From a virus (lineage: Duplodnaviria > Heunggongvirae > Uroviricota > Caudoviricetes): a stretch of 64,000 nucleotides of DNA. Below are positions 31,129 through 40,478 of the stretch, in pieces. A program made the position numbers and the translations under genes. Every line of letters begins with the position of its first letter. The first letter of the stretch is position 1. A model generated the notes under the pieces. That model did not search any database. It had not been told where the DNA came from and worked only from the letters and a program-made list of their open reading frames with translations. The stretch lies in the IMG/VR virus record IMGVR_UViG_3300025693_000001; one strand, given 5' to 3'.

Positions 31129-31694
31129 TGTTTTTTGTCGTCCACCACGGATGATAATATCTCTCGTTCGCCGTCCAGGTCGCGTATGGTAGCGTTTGAT
31201 GTTGTGAATTTATCGGGATATCTATGTTTTAATTTATCCAACCCAACTTGTAGCGAATTTTCCCAATCTACGTGCATTTCATCGTACATTAAACTTTGGT
31301 ACCACGATATATCAAAACTTTCTTCGAACATGTTGACTACGTCTATTTTTTTACCCGATGCTAGATTTTCAATCAATTCGGTGCTTTCTGTAGCGCACCC
31401 AACAATGGCGTGAAATAAACGGGTATTGACGTCCATAATGGATTTGTCAGCAGTTGGATCTTCTTTGAAAAGTTCCTTGGTATCCATTGCTGCAATTATG
31501 TTCTTAACCAGTTCAGCTCGGTCTTCGTTGTCGATTGGTTTATCATAATACACATTCTTTTTGATTTGATCAAGCAAATTACCCGATGCAACAAAGATTT
31601 GTAGCACTGCTGCTAGATAATCTAAATCGACTTGAACTGAATCGATGTGGCTTTCTGTTTTTACTGCGTCCTTCTGAAATTGTTTCAAATCCAT
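31125..31694 (-). CDS. MazG-like NTP pyrophosphohydrolase
   Basis: LFHAIVGCATESTEL, EESFDISWY, KL.HRYPDKF. Confidence 0.8.
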   Translation of the reverse strand: MDLKQFQKDAVKTESHIDSVQVDLDYLAAVLQIFVASGNLLDQIKKNVYYDKPIDNEDRAELVKNIIAAMDTKELFKEDPTADKSIMDVNTRLFHAIVGCATESTELIENLASGKKIDVVNMFEESFDISWYQSLMYDEMHVDWENSLQVGLDKLKHRYPDKFTTSNATIRDLDGEREILSSVVDDKKH

Positions 31695-31697
31695 TGT

Positions 31698-31997
31698 TTA
31701 TTTCCTATTTGCTTTTCTAGCATTTTTTTGTTGTTTCCGTTTTTTGATACGGTTTTGTGTTGATACTTGCTTTTTGTTGTTGTTATCGAAACCCAACGTG
31801 CTCAGTAATCGTCGCCCTTGAATTTGCGAGATTTGTTTTTTCTTGATCGCCGTTAGGATTGCCGATTTTGTTTCGCCTCGAGACAATTTTGGTTTTTTTG
31901 GTGGTTCTGACGGTTCGGATGGTGCTTCCAATACCTGAGTTGATAGTTCATCGATTTTATCGAGTTGATCTTCGAAGTTTTCTGGTTTGTCTTCCAT
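31698..31997 (-). CDS. Hypothetical basic protein
   Basis: 99 aa ORF. Confidence 0.55.
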   Translation of the reverse strand: MEDKPENFEDQLDKIDELSTQVLEAPSEPSEPPKKPKLSRGETKSAILTAIKKKQISQIQGRRLLSTLGFDNNNKKQVSTQNRIKKRKQQKNARKANRK

Positions 31998-32050
31998 GTT
32001 TTGTGGGATGTTGAAGTTGTGAACCCCCCGTGGGGGTTCGTGTGTTTCTA

Positions 32051-32638
32051 TTATAGCAATCTGCTATCTTTCGGTACTCGTTTTAGTAAGAATTGCATTT
32101 GGTCTGCTAGTATGTTTTTATTTTGCAGTATCAGCCACTCGCTTCTGTTTGGTACGTATGGAATGAATAACAATGGCATGTTAGCTTCTTCTGGTGTTAG
32201 ATTGCCTTTGATTTTGTTGCAATTCTGACACGCAGCGATAACATTCATCCATGTATTCTTGCCACCCCGAGATGTCGGGTGTATGTGGTCTCTGGTTAAT
32301 TTACCTGCAGTAAAGTCCTCACCACAATATCCACACAAACCCATATCACGTCTGAACAACGTTTTATTCGACAACGGTACACGATTGTAGTGATTCATTG
32401 CTTTGTTATTCAGTACACCTTTGATTGCCACGATCGTGTTGATCGTTAGTTGAGAACGCTTACCCGACACGGCATTCGTACCACCATATATATCAAACTC
32501 CGTTTCCCCCATTGACCATCCAACGTTTCCTTTGGTTAAGTGGTATGCTGAATCTTCATATGTAATCCATTGTTGTGGGTTTCCAGCGATATCTAATTGT
32601 AGTACCAGTGGTAGTTCTCTTACGGCAGTCATGTCCAT
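32051..32638 (-). CDS. HNH endonuclease
   Basis: RRD..LCGYCG, LTRDHIHP.SRGG, WMNV..ACQ.CN..KG. Confidence 0.92.
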   Translation of the reverse strand: MDMTAVRELPLVLQLDIAGNPQQWITYEDSAYHLTKGNVGWSMGETEFDIYGGTNAVSGKRSQLTINTIVAIKGVLNNKAMNHYNRVPLSNKTLFRRDMGLCGYCGEDFTAGKLTRDHIHPTSRGGKNTWMNVIAACQNCNKIKGNLTPEEANMPLLFIPYVPNRSEWLILQNKNILADQMQFLLKRVPKDSRLL

Positions 32639-32644
32639 CTCCTT

Positions 32645-33190
32645 TTAGCAATTGTAATATATTGATTCCGTATTTATGGTATTATACTGCGTGAGAGGCT
32701 TTTGGTCAACGGGTATGTGGGTTGTAAGATCCATTTCCACAAATTGTTTTACTGAAATTGATCCACCAAATGGTTCTAAGAATGTGGTAACGCGTTCTAT
32801 GTTGCGTGCAACCATTCGTTCGTACGATTCATGTGACAAAAATTGGGATTCGGTTGTTTCTTGAAGATTGGTGGCTATCTGGTGAATGTATTGTAAGTAT
32901 TGAACTGCCAATCTATACGCATCGTTTTTCCCGACCTTCGTTGCTGGAATGAATCCACGAGATGGCTCTTTGTTACGAATGATATTGTAAAGTACGTGGT
33001 GCGACGCTTGTATCCATCCTGATTGACGGTGCGAACCAGTACCTTTTGATACTTCTGCGGGACCACGGGCGTGGTATATGTACTCATCGCATGGGATGAG
33101 GGTGGACTTGCAACGTGGTGACTGACTAGATGTAGCCCAATTGCTTTTTATTAAGTTGAAATGTGTTGAAGTTTTGATTAAATTGTTCAT
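32645..33190 (-). CDS. Hypothetical protein
   Basis: 181 aa ORF. Confidence 0.55.
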   Translation of the reverse strand: MNNLIKTSTHFNLIKSNWATSSQSPRCKSTLIPCDEYIYHARGPAEVSKGTGSHRQSGWIQASHHVLYNIIRNKEPSRGFIPATKVGKNDAYRLAVQYLQYIHQIATNLQETTESQFLSHESYERMVARNIERVTTFLEPFGGSISVKQFVEMDLTTHIPVDQKPLTQYNTINTESIYYNC

Positions 33191-33230
33191 GGTTGTGTAC
33201 CTTTTGTTAAATTATTAAATTGTGTGCTGC

Positions 33231-33557
33231 TTAGAATTTGAAATAATTAATTATGGTGGACCATGACATTGATGTACCTAATGTTTCATCGTTTTCTTCC
33301 TTTTGGTTGGTTATTGTGTTGAGCAGTAGTTCAGCTACTGCATTTGTATCTATGGTGTAGACCCATTCGGGTTCATTTTCATGTTCACCTTCGAGCATGA
33401 AATTGCAGACGCCATACCCAACACCATCGGGTGCATCAAAACACTTCCCAGCTGTATTTGTTGTTTTTACCCATATTTTACCGTGGGCATAAAACAAATG
33501 ATTGTTGTCTATGTCTGTAAAGGGTACGGTGTGTGATAAATCTACTAAATGTGTCAT
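33231..33557 (-). CDS. Hypothetical protein
   Basis: 108 aa ORF directly downstream of a tRNA. Confidence 0.5.
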   Translation of the reverse strand: MTHLVDLSHTVPFTDIDNNHLFYAHGKIWVKTTNTAGKCFDAPDGVGYGVCNFMLEGEHENEPEWVYTIDTNAVAELLLNTITNQKEENDETLGTSMSWSTIINYFKF

Positions 33558-33561
33558 ATCT

Positions 33562-33636
33562 TGGTGGCTCTTATCAGAGTCGAACTGATTGAATTAAGAT
33601 TTAGAATCTTACAGGCGGCCGTTACCTAAAAGAGCC
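33562..33636 (-). tRNA. Amber suppressor tRNA (anticodon CUA)
   Basis: GGCUCUU/AAGAGCC acceptor, A73-CCA, UAAGA-UUCUAAA-UCUUA anticodon arm, AUCAG-UUCGACU-CUGAU T-arm; 75 nt. Confidence 0.88.
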
Positions 33637-33715
33637 GGATTTGTGAACGATACACGCTCATCCCCGAAGATTCGCACACGATATTCTGGTGCTTTAGTCT
33701 TCGGGTTGTTGTGTG

Positions 33716-34372
33716 TTATAGAGACAGTGTCCCTGATATCCCAAATCTTGATTCGGCTTTATCACCGGAAGGGATATCACTTTCGTATTCGTAGTATGGT
33801 GTGATTGTGTATCGCTCGTTGATTTCGATATCAATTCCAGTCTCAACTTTATTACCTGACCAATCACCTTTAATCATGCTGTATTCGATCTCATCGCCCA
33901 CGAAAGGTGATACGGTCAACCCATCCGTTACCGGAATGGTGTAACTGACTTTGGGTTTGATTTTATATCGAAATCCATCCTGGTTGTTGTCTCTGATACG
34001 GTATTCCAATTTGCTTCGTGCGGAAATCTTTAATCGTGAATCTAATACCTTTACTTGAGGAGTTAAAAACAGGTATGGTCTGTGTTCGACTAAACTATCT
34101 TCATTTATGTATCGATAACCAACCCCATATTTGAACATTTTGTGTTTTGTCGTGTTACCGATTACGCCTTGCCAGTGTTCCGAATAGTGTTTATCCTGTG
34201 CGTCCCAGTTATCTCTGCGCTCAACAGCAAACCACACATTGCTATCATCGAACCCTAGTGTTTCTGCTTTAACTTCGACGGCTGTGTTAGTTTCCCATCC
34301 GTCGTCACCGAAGGCTAGTGGGCTGAGACCTAATAATGTTACTACGGCAATTGCTCTAACGAGTAATGTCAT
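33716..34372 (-). CDS. Outer-membrane beta-barrel protein (DUF2490-like)
   Basis: Signal peptide, alternating amphipathic strands, EHRPY, SKLEYR, C-terminal strand. Confidence 0.7.
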   Translation of the reverse strand: MTLLVRAIAVVTLLGLSPLAFGDDGWETNTAVEVKAETLGFDDSNVWFAVERRDNWDAQDKHYSEHWQGVIGNTTKHKMFKYGVGYRYINEDSLVEHRPYLFLTPQVKVLDSRLKISARSKLEYRIRDNNQDGFRYKIKPKVSYTIPVTDGLTVSPFVGDEIEYSMIKGDWSGNKVETGIDIEINERYTITPYYEYESDIPSGDKAESRFGISGTLSL

Positions 34373-34376
34373 GATT

Positions 34377-34595
34377 TTAATATTTCCTGTTTTGGTTGGG
34401 TAATTGGTTTTCGTATTGAATTTTTTGTGCACGTTTTACCGCTGCAGCTTTCATTCGCTTTCGAACCGAACTTGGTTTTTCGTGAAATTCTTTTTTACGC
34501 ACATCTTTTAGGATGTTAGATTTATCAACAGCTTTTTTAAAACGTCGTAGCGTTTTTTCGAATGGTTCGTTTGTATAAGAAGTTACTTTTGGCAT
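34377..34595 (-). CDS. rpsU: Ribosomal protein bS21
   Basis: EPFEKTLRRFKK, RKKEFHEKPS..RKR.KAAAVKR. Confidence 0.95.
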   Translation of the reverse strand: MPKVTSYTNEPFEKTLRRFKKAVDKSNILKDVRKKEFHEKPSSVRKRMKAAAVKRAQKIQYENQLPNQNRKY

Positions 34596-34634
34596 ATTTT
34601 TTGTTTTTGTAATAGTTGTGCTCTATTTATCATA

Positions 34635-34852
34635 GTTGGCTGTAACCGTGGTGGAATGTGTGGTTACTGTAGCCCACACGATCCTATCCCTATTCACCAC
34701 TACAGTGGGACTCCGTATGTACGCAGGGAGTTCTGCGTGCCCAGGGTTATCGCTTCCATGGTAACTACACCGTAATGTAACTACCTCCACTATCCCGTCT
34801 CACACGGCTGATTCTATGGTTCGGATAAACCAGTGAGAGTGTAAATCCGAAC
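34635..34852 (-). ncRNA. Candidate structured ncRNA of unknown class (~220 nt)
   Basis: Own promoter TTGACT-N17-TAAAAT (34885-34857), no ORF, several clean hairpins. Confidence 0.6.
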
Positions 34853-34891
34853 ATACATTTTAAAACATTTGTGTTAAATAGTCAACGAAAG

Positions 34892-35356
34892 TTATGAAAT
34901 GTTACCAATCGCTGATATGACTTGTCTTCCCAATGCTCGATCTTTCGAGTGTGCATCGATTTCCCACGGGTTGCTGTTTGAATATTTCATTTCAACTTGC
35001 TCTCCCTCCCACGTCACCAAGTACTTACCATCGGTAACGTCGATTGTCATTCTACCTGACACCAAGTGTTCAACATGAAGAAATTCATGTGCCACCGTCA
35101 TTACTCGCTCCCCATTTGACAATCCTGGGGCGATAAAAACGAATATGTGATTTTTGTTTTTTGGGTTGGGAATGGTTAAACCCGTTTGTTTGTTATCCAG
35201 TTTAATGTTGGGTTTAAACGCAACGTCAATTTTAACCGATTGTGGTATTTTTAGCGTTTTTCGTAAAAAAGTGACAACTTTGGTGAAGTATTCATCTTCT
35301 TTTGGTGTTAACCCGTGTAAGTTGCTTGATTCTGTTAGTAATTCATGTAGTAGCAT
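34892..35356 (-). CDS. HExxH metallopeptidase-like protein
   Basis: TVAHEFLH.EH...G, PWEIDA; TAAATA promoter upstream. Confidence 0.7.
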   Translation of the reverse strand: MLLHELLTESSNLHGLTPKEDEYFTKVVTFLRKTLKIPQSVKIDVAFKPNIKLDNKQTGLTIPNPKNKNHIFVFIAPGLSNGERVMTVAHEFLHVEHLVSGRMTIDVTDGKYLVTWEGEQVEMKYSNSNPWEIDAHSKDRALGRQVISAIGNIS

Positions 35357-35434
35357 TATTGATTCTCCTGTGGTGTATTTATTCGGACAATCTGACTAGA
35401 CACACTCTTTGTTGAATGTGTCTAGTTTACTCAG

Positions 35435-36577
35435 CTAATTAAACTCAGTACCATTCTTACGAGTTAGGTATGCATCACTAACACTTTTTAAGCATACCCG
35501 ACCTAGAGCTGGGTGTTTGCGTTCTTTAGCAACATTAATCACCAATCCTTCACGGATGCAGGCCTCGGTACCGGACATTGTTTCTTTGCCGTCTGTGTGC
35601 TCTAGCATTACCGCTTTGCTGAATGGGCCTCTGTATAGTATTGGCACCATCGGAATGTTGAGTGCTTCACAAGCTGCCACAAAATTATCATAATCCATAT
35701 AATGGCCGGATCCAGGTTCACCGTAATATATATCAAACGCTGCAAATGATGGTTTATCCATGCCGTATTGCAAATCCTGAACACCAGGACCATAAATTTC
35801 CCCCAATATATAGAAGGGGATGGTGAGTTGTGATTGACGTCGGTATCTAGTCACTACACAGTCACCATCAGCATCAAATGTGCTTTTCCAAGCGCGGATA
35901 TATAGGTTGTGCTCATTTGCATCATTCAGTTTAAATGCGAGACCACGACTACTCAGACCTTTTGATGATACTATGGGGTGTGTAACTTCTGGGTGGTAAC
36001 CCATACATCCCCACGTTCCGTGTGCTTTTTCTGTAAACACAACATCTTCACCATCTTCAATTACATCTGGCCACTTTTTCCAATTTTCTATATCATAATT
36101 GGGGGTGTATCCAAATGCATTAAAGACTTCACCGCCCATGTGAACGGGAATTGGTGGTTCCCACTTAGTAATACCTAAAAACTCGGCAGCATCATCTCCC
36201 TCAACAAACGTACGTCCAGCTCCACATTCACCTACGGGAAGTATCCATACATCAGAAGTGGTTTTTTCGATCTGATCGAATACGTGTGCTCGAAATTCGA
36301 GAGGAAAGCACAGACCTTGGCTAACTGTACCACGCAGGCGTATAGCTTTAACGCGGTTGCCTTGCTTACCAGCCAGTTTACCGACTAGGTTCATTTTTTT
36401 CAGAATCCACTCAGGTACAATAGCACCTTCCGGTATGTAAGCAACGAGGTCACCGTCTTTCAGTGTGTTTTTTTGCACAATTGAGCGATATGCGCCAATA
36501 ACTGCCAATTCAATTGCATCGGCGTTTGGGTGCTGCTCGAGTGTAACGGGATATATTAATACTTCAAACTTGGCCAT
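35435..36577 (-). CDS. RNA ligase, DRB0094 family
   Basis: HPNADAIE, RLRG.VSQG, motif I FTEKAHGT, GEIYG, FDI, REGLV, LKSVS..YL. Confidence 0.92.
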   Translation of the reverse strand: MAKFEVLIYPVTLEQHPNADAIELAVIGAYRSIVQKNTLKDGDLVAYIPEGAIVPEWILKKMNLVGKLAGKQGNRVKAIRLRGTVSQGLCFPLEFRAHVFDQIEKTTSDVWILPVGECGAGRTFVEGDDAAEFLGITKWEPPIPVHMGGEVFNAFGYTPNYDIENWKKWPDVIEDGEDVVFTEKAHGTWGCMGYHPEVTHPIVSSKGLSSRGLAFKLNDANEHNLYIRAWKSTFDADGDCVVTRYRRQSQLTIPFYILGEIYGPGVQDLQYGMDKPSFAAFDIYYGEPGSGHYMDYDNFVAACEALNIPMVPILYRGPFSKAVMLEHTDGKETMSGTEACIREGLVINVAKERKHPALGRVCLKSVSDAYLTRKNGTEFN

Positions 36578-36896
36578 AATTTATAGATAGTGTTGTGATA
36601 TAATCGAATTCTTGGTCGCGTTCGACTTCCGTCAAAAATTCCCAAGTGTGTATTATTGCGCTTGATGAGTTCATGAACAATATTTTGAATATTGGAAATG
36701 CAGGTTTGCAGTTCGGTTCGGATGACAAGTATATGCTGTGTTTGTCCAGCACGAATACTGCATTTGGATTTATTGGTAGGTTTTCGTGTTTGTGTGTAAC
36801 GACGAAACAGTTGTGTCTTAAATTGCCACCATAATGATCAACGACAATCTCTTCGTTTACGTTGATGGAATGGACTTTTGTGGGTTTGATAAACAT
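36564..36896 (-). CDS. Hypothetical protein
   Basis: 110 aa coupled to the RNA ligase gene. Confidence 0.55.
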   Translation of the reverse strand: MFIKPTKVHSINVNEEIVVDHYGGNLRHNCFVVTHKHENLPINPNAVFVLDKHSIYLSSEPNCKPAFPIFKILFMNSSSAIIHTWEFLTEVERDQEFDYITTLSINYGQV

Positions 36897-36952
36897 AATA
36901 CGCCTCGTTAAAAAGGCATATTATGCTTTAGTCTTACTAGATTGTCAACCGA

Positions 36953-37402
36953 TTAGTTGATTTTAATTGAGGTTGACTTATCTGTGGTTGGTTTTGTATC
37001 AACCAAGATTGTAAGTAAACCGTTTTCAAATGTTGCCGATGTAACTTCCAGTGATTCGTGCATTGGAATGACGAATTTGAACGAACGTGTAGCAATACCA
37101 CGATGAAGAACATCAATGTTTGGATCAGTAGCAGGTTTTGAACCATCGCTAGTAATACGAATTGATGCGTTTTTTGCTTCAATGTTGATAGTTTCTTTAT
37201 CGTAACCAGCCAAAGCAAGTGTAATAGTATACTGTTTAGTTTCTTTGTGGCGACAAATTGTGTGTGGTGGATATGATGGTGTTTTTTGTTTAGCCACCGA
37301 TTCCACGAATCCATCAAAACCCAACGCTTGGCGAACCCAATTTTCTAGTTGTGTGTCGATGAATAAAGCATCTAGTTGACTCTGTGGTGTATTTTGTGTC
37401 AT
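36953..37402 (-). CDS. Small heat-shock protein (HSP20/IbpA-like)
   Basis: YPPH.I, LALAGY, HRGIATRSF, A.FENGLL.I. Confidence 0.93.
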   Translation of the reverse strand: MTQNTPQSQLDALFIDTQLENWVRQALGFDGFVESVAKQKTPSYPPHTICRHKETKQYTITLALAGYDKETINIEAKNASIRITSDGSKPATDPNIDVLHRGIATRSFKFVIPMHESLEVTSATFENGLLTILVDTKPTTDKSTSIKIN

Positions 37403-37478
37403 TGTAACTCTCCTATGAGCAGTTTAATAGTTGTGAAAACCTCTTATGAGCATTTTCGGTTGTTGTGCTGTTAGCACG

Positions 37479-37553
37479 TGGAATCCTCGATGAGATTCGA
37501 ACTCACATCTGATGGCTTCGTAGGCCATAGCTCTTCCGTTAAGCTACGAGGAT
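37479..37553 (-). tRNA. tRNA-Arg(ACG)
   Basis: Full cloverleaf; loop CUACGAA; CCA encoded. Confidence 0.92.
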
Positions 37554-37558
37554 ATAAT

Positions 37559-37634
37559 TGGTAGCGGATGCAGGATTCGAACCTACGACCTTCGGGATAT
37601 GAACCCAACGAGATGACCACTTCTCCAATCCGCA
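37559..37634 (-). tRNA. Initiator-type tRNA-Met(CAU)
   Basis: U1xU72 mismatch, GGG/CCC anticodon stem, CCA. Confidence 0.9.
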
Positions 37635-37645
37635 ATAGATTGATT

Positions 37646-37720
37646 TGGTAGCGGAGGCTGGAATCGAACCAGCTATCTTGTGGTTATGAGCCACACGAGG
37701 TACCATTTCTCTACTCCGCA
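37646..37720 (-). tRNA. tRNA-Met(CAU), second copy with 1:72 mismatch
   Basis: Cloverleaf; UGUGG-CUCAUAA-CCACA; CCA. Confidence 0.88.
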
Positions 37721-37725
37721 ATTGT

Positions 37726-37923
37726 TTATTCTACATCATTTGGTATAAAGTCACCAGTATCAAAAAAGTCGATGTATCCTATGTATATGTTGTTGTTATC
37801 AGCTACACACAAATTACCCACTCCATTGACGGATATCATACTACCTTCCGGTACTTTATTCAACGCCTGTGTTAGTTGATTTGGGCTTAAATATTTGTAT
37901 CCTACGTTATCATTTGATATCAT
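37726..37923 (-). CDS. Hypothetical protein
   Basis: 65 aa between tRNAs. Confidence 0.5.
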   Translation of the reverse strand: MISNDNVGYKYLSPNQLTQALNKVPEGSMISVNGVGNLCVADNNNIYIGYIDFFDTGDFIPNDVE

Positions 37924-37948
37924 ATGGTTTTTTGTAGTTTGTCGTTTG

Positions 37949-38021
37949 TGGTGATGGGTGGATTTGAACCACCATCTTCAAATTTATGAAACTTGCACTT
38001 TACCAGTTAAGTTACATCACC
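37949..38021 (-). tRNA. tRNA with CAU anticodon (Met or Ile2)
   Basis: GGUGAUG/CAUCACC acceptor; loop UUCAUAA; CCA not encoded. Confidence 0.85.
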
Positions 38022-38058
38022 AAAGCAGGGTATTTATAACCATACCCTAAAGCGTTAC

Positions 38059-38343
38059 CTATTTAGTTGAACATTCTCCACAGCATGTTGTGTATTGATC
38101 AATCTTAATGTGTTGCGCTCGTGTAACAAAGAACACCATTGCTGTTGCAAACATGATGCAAAGACCAAACAGATCGAATGAAGCGATCCCAGCCATCGCC
38201 AACACTAATGTTGGTAGACACGAAACCATGAAAATGGTCCATAGTTGTGTTTTCATCGTGCATCGTTCTTTGATGGTTATTTTCTTTTTCAGCTGTAGGC
38301 TTGCTACAACTGCTATTACCAGGGCTGTTACTAATGTTATCAT
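38059..38343 (-). CDS. Membrane protein
   Basis: Three hydrophobic segments. Confidence 0.55.
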   Translation of the reverse strand: MITLVTALVIAVVASLQLKKKITIKERCTMKTQLWTIFMVSCLPTLVLAMAGIASFDLFGLCIMFATAMVFFVTRAQHIKIDQYTTCCGECSTK

Positions 38344-38384
38344 TTTGTTTTTCCTTATGTTTAATTGAGTGTTTATTTATGTGA

Positions 38385-38834
38385 TCAGTACCAAGTTCTA
38401 CCAACGGTAATATGAAAATTCCAATTGGAAGGAAATGTAAATTCATCACGGATGTTTGTTAAAAAGGGACTTCTAACATCAACGAACCAATAATAATTTG
38501 GTTGATTGGGGTTAGAGTCACCACTTCTGCGGACAAAGTGCCTATATTCAAACTCGACACGTTGTCCATTGTACTTTTTCCACAGGTGTTGGTGTTGTGG
38601 ATATGGTCGTTCACCTCGTATGATTGATATGTGAGCATCCCATGATGGTTGTTTTAAGTCAACCCAATATTCTTTTTTAATCCACCACCTGTAGTATCTG
38701 GTGATTTCCTTATCAATTTGCAAGATAGCCCACCATTCGGTTTTGTTCTTCATACCAAATCGGTGTGGGTCATACCTTATTATACCTGATCCCTTGTGCC
38801 AGGTCAAATCGTCATCAATCATTCTATTGACCAC
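38385..38834 (-). CDS. 2H phosphoesterase-like protein
   Basis: WDAHISIIRGE and WNFHITVG (HxS/HxT pair). Confidence 0.65.
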   Translation of the reverse strand: MVNRMIDDDLTWHKGSGIIRYDPHRFGMKNKTEWWAILQIDKEITRYYRWWIKKEYWVDLKQPSWDAHISIIRGERPYPQHQHLWKKYNGQRVEFEYRHFVRRSGDSNPNQPNYYWFVDVRSPFLTNIRDEFTFPSNWNFHITVGRTWY

Positions 38835-39012
38835 TCACTGATAACAATGGGATGCCGTAGAACACAATCATTGTTACACCAACAATCTCACCGATTACGG
38901 TAAACAATGGTATCCACCATGCATCAGAATAGTATTTACCGTTTAAGTACTGCAATTGCATCGTGCATGATGCGATCGTCAGTATAAACCCGATTATTAC
39001 TATTAACATGTA

Positions 39013-40266
39013 TTATCTCCCATTTTCTAAAATATCATCTCTAGTTGGACCGTAACTCGTATATGCAGATGATTCGGCTAATAGCCCCACGAAATCAACA
39101 CACTGTGAGCTCGTCAACGCGTTGCCAGCTACAAACAATCCTGTTTCACCAACTTGATCGAGACATGTAAAAGCCATATTAACTCGAGCGTTGAAGACCA
39201 GATCATCTTCAATTTCAGCTCTATCTACACTATTATCACTAGCACTTAGTTGATCGAAATCATGTAAGGTGACACTACTTAGTGTATCCAATAACAACGG
39301 TGCAAATCGTATAGCACCCTGACTGTCGTTTGGTATATTTGTCTCATCCGTTATATCATACGGTAATTCTTGTTCGAAGTCAAGAGGACCAGCACCATGG
39401 CGTGTTGTATAAGCGCGACTAACATAAATCACTTCAAAATCTTCAAGTTCGAAGTCGGTTAATTGTTCATTCATACTTCGCAATATGTTCATTACGTTTT
39501 TTACACCGGTATTTGACCGTGTTACGTGTGGGAAATCGGGTGATTGTTGATCCAGCATTAACCCTTGAGCACCTTCAAAAATGACGGTGTTGTGTGTTAA
39601 TATGCTGTAATCACTCATTACCACATCCTGGATGAACTCAACCGCCGAGTCGATCCAATCTTCAATCAAATCATCGTTCTGTAGCACTGATATCCACAAT
39701 GCGTCCGTTTTTGTGTTGTAGTCTAGTGGGCTGTCTTTGAATCGGTTGAATACATACTCCGATCGAATAACCTGTAGCATATCTCGCAATTCAGGCCGTG
39801 TCGATGTGGCCAAATCACGCATTGTTAATTTCTTGTGGGCGATACTACGTGCAATGGTTTCACCAAATCCCACACCACAACTACCATGACGATCATTCCC
39901 GCGTCGGTCTTCTGTGATTAGGTTAATGATCATATCAAATGGAGTGGATACCAACGCATCGGGGTGAACCACAACTGTGGGAAAAACCCCCAAGTTGTGC
40001 AACTGTGCTTTTTCCTTAACATATAATGTTGGATTGCACACAAAAAACTCACTGAGGTATGTCGCAGTGTTGACGAACGAGCCACTACCAAAATGAGAGA
40101 ATACGTGACGATGTCCCTCTGGGGTTTCCACTGTGTGTCCAGCTTGGGCTCCACCATTGGAGCGGACGACGATTGATTTTGGGTGTTTATTGGCAATGTA
40201 ATCCACCATTAATCCCTTACCTTCGTCACCATACATCGCACCAATTACGGCAATAGCTTTTGTCAT
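39013..40266 (-). CDS. Divergent adenylosuccinate synthetase-like (PurA family) protein
   Basis: GDEGKG, GGAQAGHT, GSCGVG, FEGAQG..LD, PHVT.SNTG, YTTRHGAGP. Confidence 0.88.
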   Translation of the reverse strand: MTKAIAVIGAMYGDEGKGLMVDYIANKHPKSIVVRSNGGAQAGHTVETPEGHRHVFSHFGSGSFVNTATYLSEFFVCNPTLYVKEKAQLHNLGVFPTVVVHPDALVSTPFDMIINLITEDRRGNDRHGSCGVGFGETIARSIAHKKLTMRDLATSTRPELRDMLQVIRSEYVFNRFKDSPLDYNTKTDALWISVLQNDDLIEDWIDSAVEFIQDVVMSDYSILTHNTVIFEGAQGLMLDQQSPDFPHVTRSNTGVKNVMNILRSMNEQLTDFELEDFEVIYVSRAYTTRHGAGPLDFEQELPYDITDETNIPNDSQGAIRFAPLLLDTLSSVTLHDFDQLSASDNSVDRAEIEDDLVFNARVNMAFTCLDQVGETGLFVAGNALTSSQCVDFVGLLAESSAYTSYGPTRDDILENGR

Positions 40267-40478
40267 TTTTTTATGTTCCTGATTTGTTTAATTTATCGTT
40301 ATCTGGTATATCTGACTCAAATTCACAGTATACCGGTCCAGCATCTGGTTCGTGGAACTCGTACAGCTGATCGTCAGCATTCTCGCAATGATCGACGCTG
40401 GTATACCCATCGCCGATCATTTCACCTCCACAATTGATGCATGCAATACTAACAGCGAAGCCACCAATGCGTGTCATA

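Noticed and set aside
33650-33697. CCCGAAGA/UCUUCGGG hairpin upstream of the suppressor tRNA
   Set aside because: Could be a terminator or processing stem; nothing supports a distinct RNA class
34635-34852. RNase P, SRP or 6S identity
   Set aside because: No GAGGAAAGUCC / CCGGCUUA pair, no CAGG..GGAA..GCAG helix 8, and no end-to-end hairpin
34892-35437. Amber readthrough fusing the RNA ligase to the downstream peptidase (in frame across two TAGs)
   Set aside because: The downstream gene has its own TAAATA and RBS, and a hairpin lies between them; an in-frame arrangement is plausible by chance
39013-40266. PurZ / 2-aminoadenine DNA pathway
   Set aside because: The motif is GDEGKG, not the PurZ-type GSxGKG, and no DatZ or DpoZ is recognisable; the MazG-like gene is 8 kb away
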